A stretch of 29,114 bases of DNA from a virus (IMGVR_UViG_2526164597_000011); one strand, 5' to 3'. Counted from the first letter of the stretch, positions 18,096 through 26,891 are shown. A program made the numbers and translations. Notes: generated by a model not told the origin, from the sequence alone.

Positions 18096-19445
18096 ATGAA
18101 CGCAGGATTACACTTCAGTGAGATCAGCAAAGAACAATTTGATATTTATTTTTACGGTCGCTCACCTTACCTTAAGACATTTTCTGAGGAGATACGCTGG
18201 TTTAAATATGAGGGGAATGGGATAACATTGTTATCCACAATAATCATATGCAATATTGATAAAGATTTTAACGCAATAGTCTTAGGTCGGGATTTAGATA
18301 AAAAATTCAGAGCAATAAACGTCTTGGCTTCATTTGATTCAATGGATGTCTTGCTTAATAATTTGAACGATGACATACCAAAGATGCTGGCGCAGCACCA
18401 AAATGGTACATTCATGCAAGGCGATGAATCATCCAAACCTTTTTCATTATTCTTGAGTAAAGTCCCAGAGAAAAAAAGGAATGTTTATATAAAAATGCTC
18501 CTCGAAGACCCTCTTCATTTCCCTGCATATATTGTTCTTGAGGAACTTGCATACTGGTTCAAAGATCCTGATGGAATATTTATAAGGGATTTTCAAAGTG
18601 ATGCATTTAATTCAAGGTTATTTGAATTATATTTGAACGCTGTATTTTATGAACTCGACTTTGAAATGAATAGAGAATACAATCAACCAGATTTTCTGCT
18701 ATCTAAATTTGGAGTGGAAATTGCTGTAGAGGCTGTAAGCATTGCTGAAGCAGAAGCCCCTCTTGAAAGAAAAGTCATTAACGATGAACAGATGGATGAA
18801 TTAAGAAAACATGTTCTAAATGTCATGCCTTTTAAGTTTGCAAGAAGTTTATTAAAAAAAGTCCGGCATTGCCCTGAGCCAGAGAAAGTTCATTACTGGG
18901 AACTCAACCATACAAAGAACAAACCATTTGTCATAGCAATGCAGGATTATTCAAAAAGAATGTCCATGGCCTTCTCAAGCGAAGCCTTGCATAGCTATTT
19001 GTACGGGATTGATATTGAGTCAGGCATTTCTATTGAAAGACATACAGATGAAAATAGAAGTATCAAGTCGAACTTTTTTGGCTCAGAACAAAATAATTAT
19101 GTTTCTGCCGTTTTACTCACTACTCAAGCAACCATACCTAAGTTTAACCGGATGGGAATTCTTGCAGGTGTAGAGGCGAGTGGATTCAAAGTGTACGTCA
19201 GTGGTGTTAAAACTGATCAGGATGCAGCCCCACATCCATTTTCAGCCGATGTAAGTGACCCTAACTATCAAGAACCATGGTGTACAGCCATGTACATGTA
19301 CCATAATCCAAACGCTATACACCCTGTTGACTATCAATTATTCCCAAATGTAGTTCATGTATTTAAAAAGGACGAACACTTTGAAGAGTACATTCCCAGA
19401 AACTATATTCTCCAATCGACTACTATGATATGTAAAACGGAATAA
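18096..19445 (+). CDS. AT-rich orphan protein of unknown function, 449 aa (candidate defence/cargo gene)
   Basis: Long ATG-initiated ORF with AAGGAA RBS 6 nt upstream. Markedly lower GC than the flanking phage genes. Only plus-strand gene inside a minus-strand block. No family recognised; weak PD-(D/E)xK-like stretch (NQPDFLLSKFGVEIAVEAVS). Confidence 0.7.
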   Translation: MNAGLHFSEISKEQFDIYFYGRSPYLKTFSEEIRWFKYEGNGITLLSTIIICNIDKDFNAIVLGRDLDKKFRAINVLASFDSMDVLLNNLNDDIPKMLAQHQNGTFMQGDESSKPFSLFLSKVPEKKRNVYIKMLLEDPLHFPAYIVLEELAYWFKDPDGIFIRDFQSDAFNSRLFELYLNAVFYELDFEMNREYNQPDFLLSKFGVEIAVEAVSIAEAEAPLERKVINDEQMDELRKHVLNVMPFKFARSLLKKVRHCPEPEKVHYWELNHTKNKPFVIAMQDYSKRMSMAFSSEALHSYLYGIDIESGISIERHTDENRSIKSNFFGSEQNNYVSAVLLTTQATIPKFNRMGILAGVEASGFKVYVSGVKTDQDAAPHPFSADVSDPNYQEPWCTAMYMYHNPNAIHPVDYQLFPNVVHVFKKDEHFEEYIPRNYILQSTTMICKTE

Positions 19446-19879
19446 ATTGTGGTTTACTAAAAGCTAATAAATGATTAATGCGTTTTTCCGTATTAATCGT
19501 TTATTATCAAAGCAATTCACCACGAATCCACACCTGTACTTCCGATAGCCGATAAGCTACCGCTGAAGATCCAATTTTGATGCGCTGGTTTTTCGGGGGG
19601 ATTACTCTGGTTCTTCATCGAAGAGCGGAGTACCGGAGTTACTTATCGTCAGAGTGCTACGATTTCGCTGAATACAGAACTTCAACTTGATAAGTGCAGT
19701 TTCTTTAAGCCCCCCTGCAAACCAACCATCAACTTTTGGAGGGCTCTTGCATACCAACGTCCGCTCTTGGCACAAAGCGGACAACCACGCCAGATCTACC
19801 CTGTGCCATGAAAAATGAGAATGTCAATTCACTCCTGAACTAATGCTTTTTAATCTAGTAACGTCTAAAATACCTAACA

Positions 19880-20281
19880 TTATCCCTGATAAAATGCCAG
19901 TATGCGCTGCATAACTTCACTCATCCGGCACTCGCGACAGATTATGTTTAGGCGACTGTCGTAGCGACGTATTTCTCCATCAGGTAACGACCAGATAAGG
20001 TCCGGATCAACCACAGCTGTTTTCTTCACCTTTGCCCTCGATAGTTTTTTGCGGGCGTTTTGCCAGTCCTTACGCGCCTGTTCAGACGGGAATAACCCGT
20101 AGCCGGAGTTGTATACATCGCCACTGGCTACCAGCTCTCTGGCAAGAACGCTCATCAGATATCTAGTCGCACCTGTTTTAGCTTCCAGTTGCCGTAACGT
20201 CTCACGACCGCTCTGGCGCACGAGTTCCACCACCTGCCCTTTAATTTTTTCCCGCTCTTCTTGTGTAAAAACTTTTGCCAC
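19880..20281 (-). CDS. Hypothetical early-region protein downstream of the replication gene
   Basis: 133-aa ATG-initiated ORF, basic, with a CRECR motif. Position corresponds to the helicase-loader/nin-side of the replication module. No family recognised. Confidence 0.45.
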   Translation of the reverse strand: MAKVFTQEEREKIKGQVVELVRQSGRETLRQLEAKTGATRYLMSVLARELVASGDVYNSGYGLFPSEQARKDWQNARKKLSRAKVKKTAVVDPDLIWSLPDGEIRRYDSRLNIICRECRMSEVMQRILAFYQG

Positions 20282-20321
20282 AAGTCCCCCTTAAAATTAC
20301 CTCATGACCTGAAATCAAAAC

Positions 20322-21341
20322 TTATCCTCTGAAACCAGGCGGAATTTCTGTATCCGGTTCAGAAATATGATTCATACAACGCTGTACAGGTGAACGTCCC
20401 AGGCGGATGACCAGTTCGTCCCATTTTTCGCGGAGTTTTGACGGGCTCATGATGTTTTTTACCCAGAATTGATCTCGCTGTACCCGACCAAACATTTCGC
20501 AAATTTGTCTGTGGCTTCTGCCATCCAGCATCCGCATTGTGCGCACGTCATTGGCCCAGGCTGTCCAGTTAGGCTCTTTTGGTCGCATGATCTCTCCATC
20601 GTCGCTGGCAGCCTGTTCGTAAAGGTTCACGATCCGCCCCCAAATCCACTGCGCACACGCCAAATCCTCCCTGCTACCCCACTGGCGTTTTTTCGCACTA
20701 AACACAACCGCGTCGGGGTTCCGGGTTAAAAAATCCTGTTCAGCGGTCTGCGGGTCCGGTTGCGAAGCTTCCGGACGAAAAGTGTTTTTATTCTCTGTAG
20801 TAATCTCTGTTGTATTCTCTGTAAGATCATCAGGCCATTTTGACCCGATGACATTGGGTCGTTTTGAACCAATGGAGCGTTTCATTTTGACCTCTTCCAT
20901 CGTGTCATTTTGACCTGATGGAGCGGCGCATTTTAAACCGATGGATTCGCTCAATTTGCCACCATCTAAAAGCTCGCTCCCGTAGTTGATCGTGTAGAAA
21001 TTGGTCATATCGCGCTTTGATTTATTGAGCTTTTCACAACGCAAAAGCCCCAGCGTTTTCAGACTTGCAAACGCGCGCTTTAACGTTGACTCTGACCAGA
21101 ATGGGAACTGTTCCAGCCATTGTTCCGTTGTGTTGTAAATCCAGCGAACACCATCACATTCCATGCCGGAATTGGTATCTCTCAACCAGTAATGCAACTG
21201 CTGCAACACAATGGCTTCATTTAAGCCAATCTTCATCGCAAGCTGTGTGTTTATAACCAGTGGGCGTTCAGCAAAAAGAAGGCTCATAATTCCATCCAGC
21301 TTTTTGTTGGTATTGCTGTCGATACGCAAGTTTGAAAGCAA
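20322..21341 (-). CDS. Replication initiation / replisome-organizer protein (lambda O-like role) with internal origin iterons
   Basis: N-terminal winged-helix-like region (…WIYNTTEQWLEQFPFWSESTLKRAFASLKTLGLL…). Central region contains the iteron array, encoding repeated SIGSKRP/NVIGSKWP peptides. Start uncertain (21341 or internal Met at about 21287). Confidence 0.6.
   Translation of the reverse strand: MLSNLRIDSNTNKKLDGIMSLLFAERPLVINTQLAMKIGLNEAIVLQQLHYWLRDTNSGMECDGVRWIYNTTEQWLEQFPFWSESTLKRAFASLKTLGLLRCEKLNKSKRDMTNFYTINYGSELLDGGKLSESIGLKCAAPSGQNDTMEEVKMKRSIGSKRPNVIGSKWPDDLTENTTEITTENKNTFRPEASQPDPQTAEQDFLTRNPDAVVFSAKKRQWGSREDLACAQWIWGRIVNLYEQAASDDGEIMRPKEPNWTAWANDVRTMRMLDGRSHRQICEMFGRVQRDQFWVKNIMSPSKLREKWDELVIRLGRSPVQRCMNHISEPDTEIPPGFRG
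20835..20950. repeat. Replication-origin iterons: five direct repeats at 23-bp spacing inside the replication gene
   Basis: cattttgacccgatg (20837), gttttgaaccaatgg (20860), cattttgacctcttc (20883), cattttgacctgatgg (20906), cattttaaaccgatgg (20929). Spacing of successive repeats is exactly 23 bp. Confidence 0.6.
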
Positions 21342-21789
21342 TTGCTTTTTCTATAAGTTCGTCAGTTTCACGATCCACTACGGCAGGATCAGCAAAAAGC
21401 AGTCCGGACTCCACCACATCGCCATATTCTTTGTTTAACCCGGCGATCATGTACGTGATGCTTTTTCCGTCACTAATTTCACGATACAACCTGAAATCAT
21501 TAATCCGGATAGCCTCCATAATTGCAGGCACTAGCGCCGTGAACTTTTCACGCTTATCCCTAGTGTCGATAGCCTTCCAGCGTTCGAATATCTTCACTCG
21601 ATTAACGCCAAGCGCTCGCTGATCAACCGCGCCACCTTCATCTGTGACACGCTGAACATCGATGTTCGGGCGCTCTTTCAAAGCCCAGAATGCTTCAGTG
21701 ATTAATATCGTCGCCTGCTCCTGTGTCATTCCTGGTCGACATATCCAGGCATCCAGAGCCTCACGAGCCTGTTCAGGAGTGATTTTCAT
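21268..21789 (-). CDS. Hypothetical early protein at the cII-equivalent position
   Basis: 173-aa ATG-initiated ORF immediately downstream of the Cro-like gene, overlapping the replication-gene ORF's 5' extension. No motif recognised. Confidence 0.45.
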   Translation of the reverse strand: MKITPEQAREALDAWICRPGMTQEQATILITEAFWALKERPNIDVQRVTDEGGAVDQRALGVNRVKIFERWKAIDTRDKREKFTALVPAIMEAIRINDFRLYREISDGKSITYMIAGLNKEYGDVVESGLLFADPAVVDRETDELIEKAIAFKLAYRQQYQQKAGWNYEPSFC

Positions 21790-22000
21790 TGTTCAACCGC
21801 CCCGCCCGCTTCGTCTTACGATATTCGTCATAAACCTTGGGATCATACAGAAGCTCGCCGCCAGATGCCTCCTGTAGACGCATCGCGCGACCTTCAGGAA
21901 CCAGCTCTTGCCATTGAGAAACAGCAGATGGGTCAACGCCAGCAGCTTTCGCTACTTTGGCTTTCGTACCGTAAAAATTAATTACGTCTGATTTAAACAT
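21773..22000 (-). CDS. dicC: Cro-like repressor (DicC-like)
   Basis: 75-aa product with HTH (GTKAKVAKAAGVDPSAVSQWQ). ATG at 21998-22000 with a strong GGAGG RBS. Divergent from the dicA-like gene. Confidence 0.7.
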   Translation of the reverse strand: MFKSDVINFYGTKAKVAKAAGVDPSAVSQWQELVPEGRAMRLQEASGGELLYDPKVYDEYRKTKRAGRLNNENHS

Positions 22001-22077
22001 CGCACCTCCAATATTGAGTTTTCTCAATGCTAATCACTCAAGGAATCTCAAGTCAAGGGTTATTAAGATATCTAAAT
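22001..22077. promoter_or_regulatory. Divergent promoter/operator region of the immunity switch
   Basis: 77-bp interval between divergent starts. Contains the palindrome TTGAG-TTTT-CTCAA (about 22015-22028) and repeated CTCAAG half-sites. Confidence 0.4.
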
Positions 22078-22485
22078 ATGAACGAGAAAACTTTAGGTCA
22101 ACGCATTAGAGAAAGACGTAAGCAGGTAGGCTTAAGTCAAAACGGTTTAAGCAAAGCTGCTGGCGTATCTGGCTCATCAATTTCATTATGGGAAAGTGAC
22201 CATACAGCCCCGCGCGGGCAAAATTTGCATCGCCTCGCCGAGGTATTGCAATGTTCACCAACCTGGATACTGTTTGGCGACGAGGACAAAACACCAGCTC
22301 CCCCTGTTTCACTCGATAGTGCCTTAGACTTATCGGAAGATGAGTTAGAGATGCTGCGTTTGTATCGCGCACTTCCTAAATCAGAGCAACAAGCACAACT
22401 CAGCGAACTCCGCGCCCGCGTTGAGAATTTTAATCGCCTGTTCACCGAGCTATTAGAGGCTCGCAAACGCAACAAGCATCAATAA
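22078..22485 (+). CDS. dicA: Prophage repressor, DicA-like (XRE-family HTH)
   Basis: 135 aa from the ATG at 22078. HTH (GLSQNGLSKAAGVSGSSISLWE) and C-terminus …VLQCSPTWILFGDEDK…LSELRARVENFNRLFTELLEARKRNK, collinear with K-12 DicA as remembered. Confidence 0.8.
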   Translation: MNEKTLGQRIRERRKQVGLSQNGLSKAAGVSGSSISLWESDHTAPRGQNLHRLAEVLQCSPTWILFGDEDKTPAPPVSLDSALDLSEDELEMLRLYRALPKSEQQAQLSELRARVENFNRLFTELLEARKRNKHQ

Positions 22486-22677
22486 TCATCCCTTCACAAA
22501 ATTTTAAAGCCTTACATTTCAATGTATTGGCTTTATCTTGCGCCAATACTTGAGTTTTCTCATCAAAAAACCTTGACGAAAAATAATGAGAAAACTAAAT
22601 TACTTCCATCAAGACACCGCACGGTGTTCTCAGCAAACAGTTCCGCTACCCCGGCGTTAAGGGGAAATGAGGTCAGC

Positions 22678-22830
22678 ATGGATACTATCGATCTTGGCAA
22701 CAGCGAATCTCTGGTATGTGGCGTGTTCCCCAACCAGGACGGTACGTTCACCGCGATGACATATACCAAAAGCAAAACGTTTAAAACCGAATCTGGCGCG
22801 CGTTGCTGGTTAGCCAGAAACACTGACTGA
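22678..22830 (+). CDS. ydfA: YdfA-like small protein (DUF1391)
   Basis: MDTIDLGNSESLVCGVFPNQDGTFTAMTYTKSKTFKTESGARCWLARNTD from the ATG at 22678 with AGGGGAAATGAGG RBS. The track ORF is extended upstream in frame. Confidence 0.7.
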   Translation: MDTIDLGNSESLVCGVFPNQDGTFTAMTYTKSKTFKTESGARCWLARNTD

Positions 22831-23207
22831 TGAGGCTGACGATGGAATTTAAAGATTTACCGTCTGATGTACAGAAAACAGCAGCTCATACATTGCATTC
22901 TGTGCTGCGAGAAATCGGGAAAGATATTGCAAGCGAGCCAGCAAAAGATCTGGCCCGGAAAATCAAGACCGCTTTCGTTGAGCTTTATAATGTTGGCACT
23001 GACTCTGAAACTGTCGAGACCAAGACCGTAAGTTCACCAATATTCTCACTTGAGCCAGGCGTATTATCAGGTGAAATATGCACCGAGATTTCCAGCGAAC
23101 TGCTTCCGGTAATACGAGAAGCAATTTGCCGTCGCGGTTTGGATGGAAGTTACGATCATGACGTCCTGCAAGTTCTCAGGACAATGGTGACTTCACTGGG
23201 GATTTGA
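22830..23207 (+). CDS. YdfB/YdfC-like early protein
   Basis: 125-aa ORF following ydfA in the dicA operon. Position corresponds to ydfB-ydfC of Qin. Confidence 0.5.
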   Translation: MRLTMEFKDLPSDVQKTAAHTLHSVLREIGKDIASEPAKDLARKIKTAFVELYNVGTDSETVETKTVSSPIFSLEPGVLSGEICTEISSELLPVIREAICRRGLDGSYDHDVLQVLRTMVTSLGI

Positions 23208-23376
23208 TCCCTGCGTCCTCTAACCTTTTGATATAGCGGTCCTCCAAGAAGCGGTAAATTTTGTCGAAATCATCTTTCCCCTCTGGTTTATTCAGAGGAT
23301 TACAGGACCCGTAAGTAGCGGCATACATTTCAACCGTTTTATCAAAAATATAAGAGACAAATTCTTCTTTAGTCAT
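23176..23376 (-). CDS. Small hypothetical protein, convergent with the dicA operon
   Basis: ATG at 23376 preceded by AAGGAA RBS (6-nt spacer). 66-aa product MTKEEFVSYIFDKTVEMYAATYGSCNPLNKPEGKDDFDKIYRFLEDRYIKRLEDAGIKSPVKSPLS. AT-rich; overlaps the 3' end of the ydfB/C-like ORF. Confidence 0.3.
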   Translation of the reverse strand: MTKEEFVSYIFDKTVEMYAATYGSCNPLNKPEGKDDFDKIYRFLEDRYIKRLEDAGIKSPVKSPLS

Positions 23377-23651
23377 ATAGATTTCCTTCTTGGTTATTCG
23401 GGATAAGAAGGATACCACCTCGCCTGACGTGGTTAAAAGCAGGCATACAACACGAAAGCGCACGGCGAAGTTCGTCTCACTGTACGGTGTCGTTAAATTT
23501 AATTCGACCGTGCGCTTCCGGTTGTGGCAACCCGCGAAATGGCGCGGCGGTAAGTATGGCGGGGTTATTCCTTCCCCGTTGAGGACACCGAGTTGTCAGG
23601 TTGACCATACGCTTAAGTGACAACCCCGCTGCAACGCCCTCTGTTATCAAT

Positions 23652-23708
23652 TTTCTGGTGACGTTTGGCGGTATCAGTTTTACTCCGTGACTGCTCTGCC
23701 GCCCTTTT
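23652..23708 (+). ncRNA. dicF: DicF small regulatory RNA (ftsZ-targeting sRNA)
   Basis: tttctggtgacgtttggcggtatcagttttactccgtgactgctctgccgccctttttaa matches the DicF sequence as remembered, including the 3' GGCGG…CCGCC hairpin plus U-run. Located between ydfB/C and dicB. Confidence 0.75.
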
Positions 23709-23878
23709 TAAAGTGAATTTTGTGATGCGGTGAATGCGGCTGAGCGCACGCGGAACAGTTAAAACCAAAAACAGTGTTATGGGTGGATTCTCTGTATCCG
23801 GCGTTAATTGTTAACTGGTTAACGTCACCTGGAGGCACCAGGCACCGCATCACAAAATTCATTGTTGAGGACGCGATA

Positions 23879-24067
23879 ATGGAAACGTTATTACCAAACG
23901 TTAATACGTCTGAAGGTTGTTTTGAAATTGGTGTCACTATCAGTAACCCTGTATTTACTGAAGATGCCATTAACAAGAGAAAACACGAACGGAAGCTATT
24001 AAATAAAATATGCATTCTTTCAATGTTGGCCCGTTTACGTCCGATACAAAAAGGATGCTGGCAATGA
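23879..24067 (+). CDS. dicB: Cell-division inhibitor DicB
   Basis: METLLPNVNTSEGCFEIGVTISNPVFTEDAINKRKHERKLLNKICILSMLARLRPIQKGCWQ, 62 aa, matches DicB as remembered. ATG at 23879; the track ORF is extended upstream. Confidence 0.85.
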   Translation: METLLPNVNTSEGCFEIGVTISNPVFTEDAINKRKHERKLLNKICILSMLARLRPIQKGCWQ

Positions 24068-24255
24068 ATACAGCATTTGCACTTGTTCTGACAGTTTTTC
24101 TTGTTTCCGGAGAGCCAGTTGATATTGCAGTCAGTGTTCACAGGACAATGCAGGAGTGTGTGACTGCAGCAACCGAACAGAAAATTCCCGGTAACTGTTA
24201 CCCGGTCGATAAAGTTATTCACCAGGATAATAACGAAATCCCGGCAGGTCTTTAA
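24064..24255 (+). CDS. ydfD: YdfD-like small membrane/lysis protein
   Basis: MNTAFALVLTVFLVSGEPVDIAVSVHRTMQECVTAATEQKIPGNCYPVDKVIHQDNNEIPAGL, 63 aa. ATG at 24064 overlaps the dicB stop (ATGA coupling). Confidence 0.75.
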   Translation: MNTAFALVLTVFLVSGEPVDIAVSVHRTMQECVTAATEQKIPGNCYPVDKVIHQDNNEIPAGL

Positions 24256-24347
24256 AACAGTTCCGTAATAAACATCCGATTTCATTCTTATATGCCAGCA
24301 ATGGCAGGGATTTGTTCACCCTTAAATCTGTAATGAGGTAAAACAAA

Positions 24348-26819
24348 ATGAGTAAAGTCTTTATTTGCGCCGCCATTCCGGACGAACAGGCAATAAAGGA
24401 AGAAGGTGCCGTCGCTGTAGCCACTGCCATTGAAGCCGGTGATGAACGTCGCGCCCGCGCAAAATTTCACTGGCAATTCCTGGAACATTATCCGGCTGCT
24501 CAGGACTGCGCTTATAAATTTCTTGTTTGCGAGGATAAACCCGGTATACCCCGCCCTGCCCTCGATTCCTGGGATGCTGAATATATGCAGGAAAACCGCT
24601 GGGATGAGGCGTCTGCTTCCTTTGTCCCGGTCGAGACTGAATCCGATCCGATGAACGTCACTTTTGACAACCTAGCCCCTGAAGTACAGAACGCTGTCAT
24701 GGTTAAGTTCGACACATGTGAAAACATCACTGTTGATATGGTGATTAGCGCACAGGAATTGTTGCAGGAAGACATGGCAACATTCGACGGCCATATCGTT
24801 GAAGCGTTGATGAAAATGCCAGAAGTTAACGCTATGTATCCGGAGCTTAAGCTGCATGCCATCGGGTGGGTTAAGCATAAATGTAAGCCTGGTGCCAAAT
24901 GGCCCGAAATTCAGGCAGAGATGCGCATCTGGAAAAAACGTCGCGAAGGTGAACGCAAGGAAGCCGGAAAATACACGTCTGTTGTTGATCTCGCCCGCGC
25001 CAGAGCCAATCAACAGCACACTGAAAATTCAACAGGAAAAATCAACCCGGTCATTGCTGCCATTCATCGCGAATACAAGCAGACATGGAAAACACTGGAT
25101 GACGAACTGGCCTACGCTCTCTGGCCTGGTGATGTGGATGCCGGAAACATTGACGGCAGCATCCATCGCTGGGCAAAAAATGAAGTTATCGACAACGACC
25201 GCGAAGACTGGAAGCGTATCTCGGCATCAATGCGCAAACAGCCTGATGCCCTTCGCTACGACCGCCAGACTATTTTTGGCCTTGTCCGTGAACGTCCGAT
25301 CGACATTCACAAAGACCCTGTGGCACTGAACAAATACATTACTGAATACCTGACTACAAAGGGCGTGTTTGAAGATGAAGGAACAAATCAGAGCGCAACT
25401 GATACTCTCTCGTCGCCAGTACCAGAAACTGATGCAGTGGAAACGGCAATTCCAGACAACGAAAAAACCGAATGCAAAGTGGAAGTCGAACCATCTGTAG
25501 AACGTGAGGGGCCGTTCTACTTCCTCTTCACCGACAAGGATGGCGAAAAATACGGTCGCGCAAATAAACTTTCTGGTCTGGATAAGGCGCTGTCTGCTGG
25601 GGCTACTGAAATCACGAAAGAAGAATATTTCGCCCGCAAAAACGGTACATACTCAGGTTCACAACAAAATACTGGTGCATCTGACACGACCGCACAACCA
25701 GGGTCAGTAAAAGTTACCGCTGACGAAGTAAACAAAATTATGCAGGCAGCCAATATCAGCCAGCCTGACGCCGATGAACTGCTTGCAGTATCACGTGGTG
25801 AATTTGTTGAAGGGATTAGCGACCCGAATGATCCGAAATGGATTAAGGGGATCCAGACCCGCGATTCTGTGAACCAGAACCAGCAAGAAACGGAACAGAA
25901 CGACCAGAAAGCGGAACAAAACAGCCCAAATACGCAACAAAACGAGCCAGAAACGAAACAACCTGAACCAGTAGTGCAACAGGAACCGGAAAAGATCTGC
26001 ACCGCCTGCGGTCAGAGCGGTGGCGGCAACTGCCCTGATTGTGGTGCGGTGATGGGTGACGCAACATACCAGGAAATATTCGATGGAGAGAATCAGCCTG
26101 AAGTTCAGAAAAATGATCTGGAGGAAATGGAAGGCTCTGCGCATCAGCACAAGGAGAACACTGGCAGCAATCAGCATCATGCCAGCGATAGTGAAACTGG
26201 CGAGGCGTCAGATCCCTTAATTAAGGTGAACGGTCATCATAATCTCACATCCACCAGCAGAGCGGGGATTCATCTGATGATCGACCTTGAAACCATGGGA
26301 AAAAATCCCGATGCCCCGATTATCTCAATAGGTGCAATATTTTTCGATCCGCAAACCGGAGATATGGGACCGGAATTTAGTAAGACTATCGATCTGGAAA
26401 CTGCTGGCGGAGTCATTGATCGGGACACCATTAAATGGTGGCTTAAACAATCACGCGAAGCGCAATCTGCCATTATGACCGATGAAATCCCGTTAGATGA
26501 TGCACTGTTACAATTGCGGGAATTTATCGACGAAAACTCCGGTGAATTTTTTGTTCATGTCTGGGGAAATGGAGCCAACTTCGACAACACGATTTTGCGC
26601 CGTTCATACGAACGGCAGGGGATCCCCTGCCCGTGGCGTTACTACAACGATCGCGATGTACGCACAATCGTTGAGCTGGGGAAAGCCATAGACTTCGATG
26701 CCAGAACGGCTATTCCATTCGAAGGTGAGCGCCATAATGCACTTGATGACGCCCGTTACCAGGCAAAATACGTTTCAGCTATCTGGCAAAAACTGATCCC
26801 GAGTCAGGCTGATTCTTAA
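24348..26819 (+). CDS. Large early-region protein: RecE-like N-terminal/central region, zinc ribbon, C-terminal DEDDh 3'-5' exonuclease domain
   Basis: 823 aa. C-terminal domain shows DEDDh motifs (MIDLETMG; HVWGNGANFD; HNALDDARYQA). Central CTACGQSGGGNCPDCG zinc ribbon is preceded by a Q/E/N-rich low-complexity linker. The central block resembles Rac RecE as remembered (unverified). Confidence 0.8.
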   Translation: MSKVFICAAIPDEQAIKEEGAVAVATAIEAGDERRARAKFHWQFLEHYPAAQDCAYKFLVCEDKPGIPRPALDSWDAEYMQENRWDEASASFVPVETESDPMNVTFDNLAPEVQNAVMVKFDTCENITVDMVISAQELLQEDMATFDGHIVEALMKMPEVNAMYPELKLHAIGWVKHKCKPGAKWPEIQAEMRIWKKRREGERKEAGKYTSVVDLARARANQQHTENSTGKINPVIAAIHREYKQTWKTLDDELAYALWPGDVDAGNIDGSIHRWAKNEVIDNDREDWKRISASMRKQPDALRYDRQTIFGLVRERPIDIHKDPVALNKYITEYLTTKGVFEDEGTNQSATDTLSSPVPETDAVETAIPDNEKTECKVEVEPSVEREGPFYFLFTDKDGEKYGRANKLSGLDKALSAGATEITKEEYFARKNGTYSGSQQNTGASDTTAQPGSVKVTADEVNKIMQAANISQPDADELLAVSRGEFVEGISDPNDPKWIKGIQTRDSVNQNQQETEQNDQKAEQNSPNTQQNEPETKQPEPVVQQEPEKICTACGQSGGGNCPDCGAVMGDATYQEIFDGENQPEVQKNDLEEMEGSAHQHKENTGSNQHHASDSETGEASDPLIKVNGHHNLTSTSRAGIHLMIDLETMGKNPDAPIISIGAIFFDPQTGDMGPEFSKTIDLETAGGVIDRDTIKWWLKQSREAQSAIMTDEIPLDDALLQLREFIDENSGEFFVHVWGNGANFDNTILRRSYERQGIPCPWRYYNDRDVRTIVELGKAIDFDARTAIPFEGERHNALDDARYQAKYVSAIWQKLIPSQADS

Positions 26820-26891
26820 TGTTCAACTGTCGCCGGTTGTGACTGGTATTCTGCAACCGGCGCTCGTCTGATGTAAGAGATAAAGAAATCG

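Noticed and set aside
22106-22475. Minus-strand ORFs of 88 and 112 aa antisense to the dicA-like repressor gene
   Set aside because: They are fully contained within the well-supported repressor gene, on the opposite strand, with no start context.
24430-26473. Several ORFs (up to 161 aa, for example 25517-26002 minus) overlapping the 823-aa gene
   Set aside because: Antisense or out-of-frame shadows of a long ORF. The Cys/Phe-rich minus-strand ORF is the reverse translation of the Q/E/N-rich low-complexity linker.
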